A DNA stretch of 64,000 nucleotides from Marsupella aquatica (taxonomy: Eukaryota; Plantae; Marchantiophyta), in assembly GCA_973895155.1 (NCBI GenBank), contig OZ316897.1:11121832-11185831 (forward strand). The letters run 5' to 3'. The notes below the pieces were generated by a model that ran no database searches, had not been told where the DNA came from, and was given only the letters and a program-made list of their open reading frames with translations. A program made the position numbers and the translations under genes. Below, one piece after another: positions 51,101 to 63,400 of the stretch. Each line of letters starts with the position of its first letter. Positions within the stretch are counted from its first letter, which is position 1.

Positions 51101-51593
51101 TGTATGTATCAGAGTGCCAACAAGACAGAAAAATAAAACCATGAGACACTATCAACACAGGCAAAAAGACCCAATAAAGGAAGGGAGGGAAAGAAATACC
51201 CAAAAAGACCAACCAGGCCCAACAAGTCAAGGAGTCCCCTACAACAACAAAAACTCCACAAAAAAAGAAACCAAGAACTAAAACTTAGTACGGTTAGAGC
51301 TTCTTTGCAGGGGGTGAAACGGTTAGTTTTCTAAGGCTTCTAGTAGAATTCCCTTGCTTGACCCTCCTATGCAGTTCAGACCAGAGTTCTACCAGGCCCT
51401 TCAATTTACCAAAAGGTAGGATTTGGGTTTTTGGTCCTTTGTTGTTCTTGTGTTGGGGCTCAGCTTGGGTTCTTTGGGCTTTTTGGCTCTTTGTTTGCCT
51501 CCCCCCTTGATTGGGTCTTTTGCCTGTCGGATCATGTCTCCTGGTTGAGCCCCGGGTTGAGCAACTTTTGTGTTTTTGCAGCGTGATACATAT
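51101..51593. repeat. Two inverted copies of a ~180-bp T/G-rich dispersed repeat; third copy at 58163-58302
   Basis: caggcaaaaagacccaataaaggaagggaggg (51157+) matches the reverse complement of cctccccccttgattgggtcttttgcctg (51498+). All three copies end in gca..(c/g)tgat(ac/gt)a. Confidence 0.7.
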
Positions 51594-52945
51594 AGTTCAG
51601 CGCTAGGTATGTCACTAGAATGTAGCCAGCCCTTCGTCTTCTGGCATTTGGCCAGCCCTTCATTTTCAGGACCTATCTTAACAGATGGCATTCAAACATT
51701 GATAGAGAATGTTATGCCACATGCTCATCAGTAAGCACTCTTGAGGCCGAGTAAGACTATTTCATGGACACCAAATTAGTATTATAGCAGAATTAGTGAG
51801 TAACACTAATTCATAGGTAGAGCCCAAAATGTCTGCTTCAAATGAGTGTAACACTAATTACAGTGTACAGTGTAGTTGTTAACAAAAGTAAAGACACCCA
51901 TATGTTTTGGGTATGCTAGGTCATCAATGTATAAGTAAAGGCATCATATGTTTTTCGTCTTCACACCGGACCTATTTTGGGTCATATGGGTTTGCCAGGT
52001 GGATCAATGTATAAGTAAAGGCATCCAGATAGTGCAAGAGCCCCCTCCCTGCACCCCTCTTGCATTCTGTAGCCTTGCCTCCAGGTTGATCCTCAATCGA
52101 TCCTGTTTTACCCCGCATTATTATTTGCCCTTGGCCCACATGCCCCACCCCTAGATCATGTGGCCCACTTGCTCGCCGAGAGACACCAAGGACCCCTTCC
52201 TACACCAGACCTGTGACCAAACAGGGTTGGTCACAATAGCTGAACTTGTCAATAAGTCCCTAGTGTGACAAAATACTAGTAGGAAAGTACTTTCCTCTCC
52301 TCACTAAGCCATCATGACAATACAATGGGGCCTAGTTACAACAAGCGTACACGCCATCCTACAAAGTATTGCAAATAAATACATCCTGGAGCATTTTTTG
52401 GGCCCCCACTGTAACTGCTGAACAAAGTCCAATTGAAATGCTCAGACTAAAGCCACCAAAAGCAGTTTTTTGACAGAAGTCTTTGTTGTGACGAAGGACC
52501 CTCGGGCAGATTATGTTTCACAATAGCATAACGCCACGTTTTATTTGACAACAGCATAATTACCTTAAACGATTACCACCTGCTCGAGTCTCCGCTTGTA
52601 TGCTGATTGCTTGTGCAGGAGAGACAGCTGCACTGAATTTACAAGCAATGCATCTTTCTTCTCCTATTACGAAAAAAATGCTCCCCTTGCAATCGTGGAC
52701 TTGAAGACCCTTCTCGATTGATTGTTTAATAGTCAGTCTTGTTGAAGAATTACTTTGAGAATGAGGCTGACGCCAAGAGACATCTCAGTCCAGAACAAGG
52801 TGTTGATACTTTTCTCAAGACTTTGCTCCAATCCTTTGGATCCCTTGCAGAGACTCATCCACAAGACATTGACTTGATTGCGCTGGATACAATTAATTAG
52901 TTGATTATTAACAAAGTGTTGATGCTTGAAGTGGAGTGTAGTCTT

Positions 52946-55900
52946 CTAAAATTCGGCTGATCCAGGAGTCCTGGGAAATGGAATCACATCTCTAATGTTC
53001 TCAATACCAGTGGCAAATTGTACAAGTCTCTCAAAGCCGAGTCCAAATCCTGCATGTGGGACTGTGCCATACCGCCGAAGATCAAGATACCACCAGAAAC
53101 TCTCTTTGCTTAATCCCAAGTCATCCATTCGCTTTTCTAGTACGTCCAACCTTTCTTCACGTTGGCTTCCCCCTATCAATTCACCCACCCGAGGAACCAG
53201 CACATCCATGGCAGCAACTGTCTTTTGATCCTCATTCACTCTCATGTAGAATGCTTTAATATCCTTAGGATAATCTGTGACGATCACTGGGGCGCCCTTG
53301 AAAGTTTCTTCGGTAAGATAGCGTTCATGTTCACTCTGGAGATCAGATCCCCATTGAACAGGAAACTCAAATTTCTTCTTGGCTCCCTTGAGAAGTTCGA
53401 CGGCATCTGTGTAGGTTATCTGTATGAAGTCTTTCTCAGCTACATCTTTGAGCCGAGATATGATTCCTTTCTCTACCCACTTGTCAAAAAACTCCATGTC
53501 TTCTTTGCAATTTTCGAGTACATATTTTACAGCATATTTCAGGTATGCAGTGGCACAAGCCATGTCGTCCCTCAAATCAGCAAATGCTAGCTCAGGCTCA
53601 ATCATCCAAAATTCAGCCAGGTGCCGACTGGTATTTGAGTTCTCTGCTCTGAAAGTGGGTCCAAAGGTGTACACATCAGATAACGATGTTGCATAAACTT
53701 CAGCATTCAACTGGCCCGACACGGTCAAAAATGCTGGTTTTCCAAAAAAATCCTGTGACCAATCAAGTAGGCCATCTTTGGTAGCTGGAATCTCGGTAAC
53801 CTTTGTGTTCATGTCCAGATGCGAGTTTGGGATCTGCAGAAACCCAGAGGGTCAGTTGTGACATATTCCTCACTAAATGCTGAGTGGCTACGCTATCCAG
53901 CACATCTTTCGAGGGTAAAGATCTGGAAAATTTATTCGTGAGACCCATGCCTACAGTCATGCATCACTTCGAAAAGAGAACAACAGACCAAATTTATAAT
54001 TACTCACCAGAGTGGTGACACAAAACTGTTCGCCTGCACCTTCACAGTCTGAGGCTGTAATTATGGGACTGGCCACCCATACGAATCCCTTCTGCTGAAA
54101 AAACTGATGTGTAGCATACGCCAATGCATTTCTTACTCTAGCAACCTGTCGCCCCACAATAAAACCAACTCATAAACAAAGGTCGTGGTAAACGTAGTAG
54201 ACATAATTCAACGGTCATGCTCCAGAATATTTTGGAATGAGATGACGGCGAGAGATTCAAACAACTAGAGCCAAGATCATCTCTGTCATTTAGCTATTAC
54301 AGAAAGAACAATATCCGGTTCTCATAAAAAAAACATTCGGCGAAATTCTGTCCTTACAAGAGGTCATTTCATCCTCCTCGTACACATTAACGGCACGGAG
54401 AGCATACCAGATGAAAAGGAGTGTTAGTTCGCAATCATACCAACCCGATAACCACTTAATGCTTAAAAAAGGTTTCTAATTGAAGCAACGTACAGCACCA
54501 AAAGTGTTGGTTCGTGGTCGCATGTGTGCAATCGTCCTTAAATATTCTCGACTCAGCCTTTTTTTCTGGACTGGGAAAGTTGTGGCATCACTCCCACCAA
54601 TCTGAATCACCAGAACATTTGAAGAAATAAGAATCGTCAAATTTTCTGGTCAAGCTCAGGCCCTCAACCTAACAGTCAGGAGCCAGGTTGAGCACAGATT
54701 CAAATGCCTACATAAAACAATCGTAGCTACAACACCACAATACCACTGCTTCTGTAAGGGATGATAAGTACTCACTCTAGATTCTCATATATGGAGGTAA
54801 TTTACCGCTGGCATCGCAATTCTCAAACTGAAATTAACTTTACCGGGTGCCATGTTGCCGTGAGGAAAGTCAACAATACATCCAAAACGCATGAATTTCC
54901 AAGATCGAGTGAATTCACAAGGGTGTGAAACATCAATAAGGGTCCTTTAAAGAGAAAAGAAACGCACAAGAGTAACTTTTGCTGCCTTCAATTCCACTTT
55001 CTGCTTGGATCCTAAGCTTGCAATCAGTTCCCCTTCCACAGCCACAGATGCTCCAGTTGTTACCAGGCCAGATTCTATCTGCCAAAAGCAGTCACGATTA
55101 GTTGCTGTCAACAACCCGTTACTAGAGAAGATAAATTCAACTAAGACATAGTAATGCACATATCAATCAATTCGATACACCCACTAATGAACAGACTAAG
55201 ACAAAAAATCATCACAGAGCGATATTGTAAAATTCAAAAAATCGTTACTAAATCGCGCAGCAGAGGGTGAACGGACATACCGTGTCATACCCTTCGGCAT
55301 CTGAATTGACCACAATTTGAAGATTGGAAAGCGTTGACCCATCATTCACCTAGTGGAATGCAAAGTTAAAGTCAAGCTCAATACCTCAATACCTCATTCA
55401 GAAAACTTGTAGAGTATGTGCAGAGATCAAGAACTCTCATGCACCCAAATATGCTCCAGTACTTCCTGGCAAGCGGGTGGAATTAACTTGACCTTTAAAA
55501 AGCTAATTAAGCACCCGTAGTATTAATTGGCACTACACATTGACGTCTGCTTTCGGTAAAGTAAAATGCAACGTAGCGTACACGGGAAAGAAGGAAAGGA
55601 GAGAAGAGGGGAATCAAAATCTACACACCTCGATGAATGAGAAAGTTTTTTGCAAGCGACAGGTGCGGACCCAGCCGCGCACCACCATTGTCTCGCCCAC
55701 TCTCGCCAGTCCCTCATCAGGAGCTCCTTTGATGTCCGAGATGCGAAGCCTGCTCTGAAACTCCGGAACAGAGAGACTAAACTTTCTCCTCTCTTCGCCA
55801 TCATCTGCTGCGGCTGCCGAATTCTTCTGTTCAGTCTCAGCCACCTTCGCACTCACCGAAAGCTTCCGCACCCTAAACCCCGCATTCCCAATTCCCTCAT

Positions 55901-56258
55901 GGAACAGACATCCATCAACGGCAGAACGCTGCTCCACGAGCCTCCGAGACCCGAAATCCTTCCACTTGAGAGGTTTCCCAACAGCAGTGCGAAGCGATGA
56001 AGCCTTAGCAGCGGCAGGACCGGAAGAGGAGGAGTAAGAGGAAGAGGAAGAAGAGGAAGAAGAGGAGCGAGAGGGGGGGGAAGCAGACGAGGAGAGATTG
56101 AGAAACTGTGAGAGAGGGACGAGGATGGGAAGAGTGTGGCGGTGGCAGTGGCGCGACGTCGAGAAGAGCGAGGAGGACGAGCGGGTGTAATAGAGGTGCG
56201 CGGAGTGGGCGGCCACTGTCGTCGCTGCTGTGCAGCAGCTCGCGCCCGCCATGGCCAT
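52946..56258 (-). CDS. SYNO: Asparaginyl-tRNA synthetase, organellar (plastid/mitochondrial) type
   Basis: Exons 56258-55629, 55349-55281, 55078-54968, 54601-54494, 54145-54008, 53833-52946. Motifs [41 protein letters not shown], motif 2 [24 protein letters not shown] and motif 3 [11 protein letters not shown]. Long Ser/Arg-rich transit peptide. Confidence 0.97.
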
Positions 56259-56294
56259 CGCTCGATCTCCAATTTCTCCCGTGCTGTGCTCTGT

Positions 56295-56317
56295 TCTCTC
56301 TCTCTCTCTCTCTCTCT
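56295..56317. repeat. (CT)n/(GA)n microsatellite just upstream of the AsnRS start codon
   Basis: About 11 TC repeats, ~40 bp upstream of the ATG on the minus strand. Confidence 0.9.
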
Positions 56318-56852
56318 GTCTTTCAATTGTTCCACGATGTTCGCAAATCCTCTGTTGGGGCCCAAATCGTCCTCATTTCTGTCCTCTCAATTGTCGTCTC
56401 CTCTGTTTCGAAAGCTGCTCTGGGATTTGGGTCACCCCAAAACCGGTGAGGGCCGAATTCGGAGGCGGCCCTCACCCCCACTCCCTCCATGCCCTCAGCC
56501 CCAGAAGCCACCATCCAGGGCATTAGGTGTCAAAACCATAAGTGAGGTAGGGCCAAAAACATAATCTGATTTTATGGGTTACCTAAAGGTACAAAAACTT
56601 TTTGGGTTACCTACATATATGCCACGCAAGGATCAGGATCAGATGTCCAAAAATTCACAGCCATAAGACTTTGCTTGTGGGATTGCTTTGACACTCCCTA
56701 TTATGGCTCATCATGATAGGGTATGTCGGACTATCACTGAGGTATGGCCAAGGACATAAAATGACTTTATGGCCCAAGAAAAAACCTTATAGACTACCTA
56801 TGTATATGCCCTGAAAGGATCAGACGTCCAAATGAATACCTTGATTATGGTA

Positions 56853-57197
56853 TGCTAGAATTTACTCTTAGGTCTAGAGGTACAATTGTACCGTACTTAA
56901 GGCTAACCTTAGTCGCAGACTTGGTTAGGTTAGTCATGTTGTGCACACTCTATAACTAAGCGGTGTTTGCTTGGAGAGTGGGAACTCAGGCTCATTGTTA
57001 CGGAGCTAGTTGAGAGATAGAGAGAGCTTACGTTGTGGATGCTTGGTATGGCCAGTCGGCCTAGAGTGCAATTAAGCTCATGTGTGTTCCCGTGGACGTA
57101 GCCTCATGTGAAGGTGAATCACGTATCTCTTTGTGTCGACTCTTGTGCGTTGGATGGTTCATGGGCTTGCCATTACGATTGTCGTCTATGCTCAACA
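56853..57197 (+). mobile_element. Copia-type solo LTR with 5-bp TSD
   Basis: TG...CA ends (tgctagaa...ctcaaca), flanks tggta / tgata, TATA-like ctataa, and the ttcccgtggacgtag...ggtgaatcacgta motif common in plant copia LTRs. Confidence 0.75.
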
Positions 57198-58162
57198 TGA
57201 TAGTGCCTTGACACACCCTAATATATATGGTGATAAAAGCAACTTCAATGGTTTGACAGCCATGGAAGTCCCCCAATAGCAGGTGCCTGGTGAAACTATA
57301 GGAACTCCATGGGTGAAGCAAACAATTGTTAGCCGTAGGAGCAACGCTGGTTTTCAGTGCTTGCTGCCAGGCAGGTTTCCGTGCTAGATGCTGCTATATC
57401 CTGGCCTTGATGACACCCAATTGATTTGCAGGTTCGTGGAGGGGCACTACCTTGCGTCCAACAGTCTGCCCAAAAAATGGAGGTCTTGAGGTTGGATATA
57501 TGGTGGCCGTCACAAAAATTGGAGAGGCATTGCCATGGAAGGTCGCTAGGAACACTTTGCCCCAACTACCAAAAGTGGCGGTTGCAGGCCCAAAAGCAAG
57601 CACCACTGGATATGCTCTAAGAGCCTTCCCACCCATGACCTCCATTAAAGCCCTGCATTGGCCACACTAACAAGTCCTTTGGTGGTTGGGCCTATGGGGA
57701 GGTAACTGGGCTGGCAGTGACACTGATGGGTTTCAGCATATCATGCCCCTACCAATAAAGGCATGTTGACATCACTACACACTTGTCAATAATCCATCAT
57801 TGCATGTGTCTACTTACCCGTGGTTTGCACTTATGTGTCTGTTATCTCATGCAACCCAATTTGCACTTACAAAAACTGCAAGAAAAGTTGCAAGTACATA
57901 TGAAAAGGATGGAAATATTGGGGAAGAAATCTCCACCTTGCAGTTAAAAACACTTTTGCACTTATCACTATCTTGGACAGACTATGTCCAGGTTTGCAAA
58001 CCCCACTGCACATAATTGGGTTTTGTTCCTCTGCCCTAACCCAGAGTGAGAAAAACATTTCAAGGATTTAAAACGAACCCAAAATATTTTGTCAGAAGAG
58101 CCCAAATTCAATAATGGTTTATTTATTAAACCGTCCCAGATGGCGCTACTGCTCTTCAACCA

Positions 58163-58302
58163 TGGGGACTCCTGGCTTTGCTCTTGGGCTCTTTGGTCTT
58201 CCATGTTTTTACCTTGTTCTCTTCCCTTTATTGGCTCTCTGCCTTTGGGATCCTCTCTCCGGGGTTGGGGTTTTAGTTCTTTGCTGCACTCTGATGTACA
58301 TT
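58163..58302 (+). repeat. Third copy of the 51.1/51.5-kb dispersed repeat
   Basis: ggggactcctggctt...ttccctttattggctc...gcactctgatgtaca aligns to the reverse complement of 51101-51240. Confidence 0.7.
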
Positions 58303-59344
58303 AAGGATGGCAAAATTCTGACCAACAGCTATGGTTAGCTAGAATTTACAAGTAACAGACAATGCTAAATGTGGATTGTTACATGGATACCCTTGGATTG
58401 AACACCCTCAAAGTGCTTGGAACTCTAAAGATAGGTTAGCAAGATACACCCACAACTCAGCTTGCAGCCTTCCCAATGGATGTATTGTATGATTGAGGAG
58501 ACAAGAAGTTTTGCTAGCCAGGAGAGTATTTTTAGCACTCACAACTGATGTTCTATGTCTTTTGATTTTGCTGACTTTTGTATTTCTAGTGCATCTCTAA
58601 GACTCCATAAAGCCAGCCAGTTGACTGGCCCAAAAACAGTTTCAAAATTGGGTTTTAATAAGGTTTTGGCTATAGCTAAAGGACTCAGTTTGCTGGCGAA
58701 GTGGAGTTTTTCGCTAGTAACAGGAAATATTTCCCTGGTTGTTGGCACACTGTAATTACCCGAACCAATGGCCTGTGGTTGTCTTGCAGGTTATATTTGG
58801 CCTATGTAAGTTGCAGCCCAACTCACCTTATAACTCTTATTGTGTAACGCACATTTACGAATTTTGCGGTCTCTCGTATCCAAACTGATGCTCAGACCAC
58901 TTTAACCTAAGGATTCCTATGAACCAAGCCTGCAGAGCTTTCATCCAAATGAAAAGTGTTATCTCAGAAAGGTACCCCTCAATCTGTTCTTCCTCCACCT
59001 ACTTTCTAAACTTCTCGAGGGCAACTTACTTATAATCAGGTTTTGTATGCCCTGTGATTCGACTTTCGTTTTGACTCTCGATTGATGGAGTGAGTTGACG
59101 AAGAGTGTATTTTGATAGCTCTCTAAAGTCTTGTACCACTGCAATTATATAGGCAGTGTGCATTACAAGATACAGAAAAATCCCATATACTTATGGCTGG
59201 CTGGAGTCAAATGGATCTTATGCACAAGACAAAGATGAGCCAAACCACAATCAGGCACGGCAATTTCATCGTTTTGATCCAAATGGGGAGAAGCAATGTG
59301 GAGAAGGCTCAGTAGGAACACAAATCCCCTTCATCAGATCAGCT

Positions 59345-59371
59345 AACCCTAAACCCTAAACCCTAAACCCT
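59345..59371 (+). promoter_or_regulatory. Interstitial telomere-type repeat (AAACCCT)~3.8 / telo-box upstream of the PPR gene
   Basis: aaccctaaaccctaaaccctaaaccct, followed by UTR-like sequence with GT-AG sites. The regulatory role is inferred from plant telo-boxes. Confidence 0.7.
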
Positions 59372-60469
59372 GTAATTCCAGTACCAATCCCGTTGCTGAT
59401 TGATCTGTATTTCGGCTCATCCATCTTGACAGAGTCCAAACTGTCGTAGATCAGACTTCGGAGGCATTTTGCGACCGGGTTGCAGCGCATCGATAACGAA
59501 TTACCTCTCAGTTCTGATGGGTGAGATTGACCCTCAGTTCAATTACTGTTGTTTGGTCCAGCTAGAAGGTTCTGGACATCACAAATGATGCCTCTCGAAT
59601 GAGGTTTGATCTTGTGATATCCCTTGATGTTGGTTTTTCCTTGATTTGCAGGGAGTCCCAAGAGGTTTCGGTCAGGCTACCAATCTCAACCTGGATGAGT
59701 CTCACGAACGAGTTTATTCTACCAAGGTTTCTATCCTGATCAAGATTTTTTTCATGCACGTGTATGTATTAAGATCGACCAGGAGGACAGACCTTGGCGA
59801 CCATCGACAAAAAATTGTCAGTACATGGTTTGTATTCTAATGTAAACACTGGTAACGTAGACCGAATCCCCGGATCCTAAGTCCAATGTTTGATTGACTG
59901 ACGGACTCTATGCAATAAATGGACTGCAGCACCAAGCAGTCAGAAGAGATTCGAGGGGACAGACCCAAACACTGGCGAACCTCACAAGCTGTTTACACAG
60001 CACAGCAAGTCCACGAGTCTGCTGGAGGTAGTAGCAATAACTTTTGTCTCCTGTAATCTAGTAGCATTTCATTCCTTGAAATTCTGAGAGGAAACTCCTC
60101 GTCATCCTCTCCTCTCCTCGTCTCCATTGTTTTGCTAAGCTCCACGAGGTCCATTCCAAGTCACATCTCATACCAATGTTGTCATAATTAGGTGAAGCAA
60201 GCAGTAACTCCTCAAAGTGCCCTCAGATGACTTGCAATACTGGACTTCGCCTTACTGACACCAGTAGATTGATTTCTTCCATTTCGGAACTCTATGCCAA
60301 AATTTATCTACCTGGTAAAATGAGTCCTATATCTAATTTGCACATGTCTTTCTGTGTTGTCTCAGGAAAATCTCTCAACCTGCTATGGGGTGATCCCCTG
60401 TATTCAGCAAGGAAAGCAGATAAGCGATTGAGGGGGCCGAAGAGGGTTTCGAGCAATGTGTTCCTTTGA

Positions 60470-63400
60470 ATGGCTTCTATTGTGAGGCATTCCTCCCCTC
60501 AAATCACTTCCCACTTGCATCGACTTGCTGTTCTGCATGAATTGTCGAGCCTTCTGCCCAATCCGTTACTTACACGGTCTACACATCACTTGTACACAAG
60601 ATCTTCTTCAATAATTGTCAGCAAGGTCTTGTGTGGTATGCAGGACAATTTGGCTCGAAAGGGTTCTTTCTTGGACGGCGGTAAACTAGAGCACTTGCTC
60701 CAAAGTATTTCAGACGGCAATGTGCAGGTATGGCAGGTACGCCAGGTATGGCATTGGTTGCTTTGGGATTTGAAAGGAAGAAACTCTGATATGTTTTCCT
60801 CTCAAAACTTGTAGTTTTAATTTTCAAGTTTGGATGGCAAAGCTGGGGTTAATTCTTAAAAGAGTGCGGCAATTCTGAATGCTTAATGCAGGAGGTAGTG
60901 ACACTGGAGAAGATATGCTGCTGCTATGCTTCTAGGAATATCTCCAACTGTTACGTTGAGCTCAGATTCGTCTGCCCGGGTAAGGTTTCCTTAACAGAGC
61001 CTTTGCCTAGTGAATTTTCATTCCTTAGCCGAAGGGGAAGGAAAGACGAGGCTTGAAATTTAAGGGCTCTGCAAGATTGCGCTACTTAGACTGAATTGAA
61101 CGTTTGTCAAACAGGTAAGACATATTTCTCACAACTTTACTATTTTAGGCTTTCTATTTCCAGCACGGGAACGGAACTCACTCGATGGAAATTTTGGACA
61201 TGGACCGTCTTATGCAACACTCCACAGCCAGGTATGATTAATTTTGTATCCATGTCATTTTGTTGGATTATGATGGGACAAACGATCTTGAATACATTTT
61301 GAACAAAGACTTTGGATTTGCAGGCTTCACCCGTCCTCCTCCGGTGTGATTGGAATTGGCAACAGCATTTGTTCTTGTACAAGGCCCTCAGGTAATAAGA
61401 GTGGAGCAATTTCAACGTCATGATTACCTACTTTTAAACAAAAATCCGTGTTCCAGCACAACGGTGTGACGTTCATCTTGCATAAATTTCCTCCTATAAG
61501 ACTTATGTGATGAAGACTTGAATTGCAAGTTTGATACTTTTTCATCTCCAAGGAAGCACAGGGAGGGGCGAGAGCGCTGTCACATTCATTTCATATGTAT
61601 CTACTCTCAATGGATCTATAGAGCCATTAACAAGAATTCTGGATAGGCTTTCTTTCTGAATTGTTGTCTCTTTTCAAAACCCTGAGATCGTTCTGCCAGG
61701 CTATAGTTAGAAAGTTTAGGCAACATACAAATGAACGCCTGTCAAGGTGCCCTGAGAGTCTATCCTATAAACAAACCAAGGATATTACGTGACTGCTTCA
61801 TGAAGTTTTTCAGGGCCAATTCGATAGGCTGTAGACTCTGTCCTTTCTATGCTTACAGTGGGTTACCGGACTGTGAACGAGCTTATTGATACTTACAGCT
61901 ACCTGGATATACCTTTCACAATTATTTCAGTATTATATTCTAAGATTATTGCGTTCTTGACAGAAAGCTGCTACTCTCAATTGAAAAGGAGTCAAATAAC
62001 TTTTGCAAGTTATTTATACCAAAGATCACAGCAGAGCAAGGGAGGCAAGAAAATACATCTCTATACGGAGGTAGGCATGCACCTAGCCGTAGGACTCGCG
62101 AGAGTTACCCGTCTGCTATATATAACATTTCATTGTAGACATTTCGTTGTGTTATATGGTCCTTAAGAAATAAGAACAAACTCGTTGCACCTCGTGGAAT
62201 GTCCTGGATTTTATCCTGGTATTAGTCAGGCTTTCCAAATCTGATCGTGGGTTGTGGTGCTGACAGAGGAAGCCCAGAGCACTTGAGTTCAATCATAAGA
62301 TCACAAGGAAAGCACTTTGGGTGGATGTATGGTCAACTCCAGCATGGGTGAAGGCAAGGGCGAATTTAATCACTAAATGCAGATTGCAATCTCGTGTTAG
62401 TTATGGCACGAGAGATTGGTCTGAAGTCACTGCACAAGGGAATGGCAGTCGGCACATGCATGATGCTGGTTCCACAAGTGAAACAATGGCTGTTTTGAAG
62501 GATCTTCTACAACGAGGCATTACTATAGACTCGTACACATATATTGAAGTTCTGCAAATGTGCTCGAAACACAAAAACCTTTTAGCGGCCACGCAGGTGC
62601 ATGACCACATCATCCAGAGTCAAATGGATAAGAATCTATATGTGGCGGTAACCCTTCTGAATGTATATATCAAATGTGGGGCATTGTTGGATGCACGTCG
62701 AGTTTTTGATCAAATTGAGGAGAAGAGTGTTATTACTTGGACCAACATGATCGTAGGATATGCCAGGAGTGGTCATTCTGAATCTGCACTAGAACTTTTC
62801 AATCAAATGCGCCAAGAAGGTGTGCAGCCTAATGAGATCACATATCTGAGCATCCTCAAGGCATGTGCCAACCCATTAGCTCTAAAATTGGGAAAGGAAG
62901 CTCACTTGTATATTCGACATGCTGGCTTTGAGTCAGATGTGCGTGTGGGTTCTGCCCTCCTACAGATGTATGCAAGATGTGGGTGCATCACCGAGGCAAG
63001 GAAAGTTTTTGAACAATTGACCAATCGAAATGTCATTACTTGGACTGTTATGATTCGAGCATATGCAGAACGTGGTCATAGTGTGGAAGCATATCGACTG
63101 TTTCTCCAGATGAGACGGGAAGGCTTCGAACCAGATGCAATCACTTATAGGAGCATCCTGAATGCATCTGGAAGTGCAGGGGCTTTGGACTGGGTGAGGG
63201 AGGTTCACGGCCATGCTAGCAAGGGACTGGACTCAGATTTGCGTGTGGGCAATGCACTGGTTCACATGTATGCAAAAAGTGGCAGTATAGATGATGCCAG
63301 ACTGGCTTTTGACAAAATGCAGGAACGCGACGTAGTCACATGGAATGTGATGATCGGTGGACTTGCACAACATGGATGTGGGCATGAAGCATATCAACTG

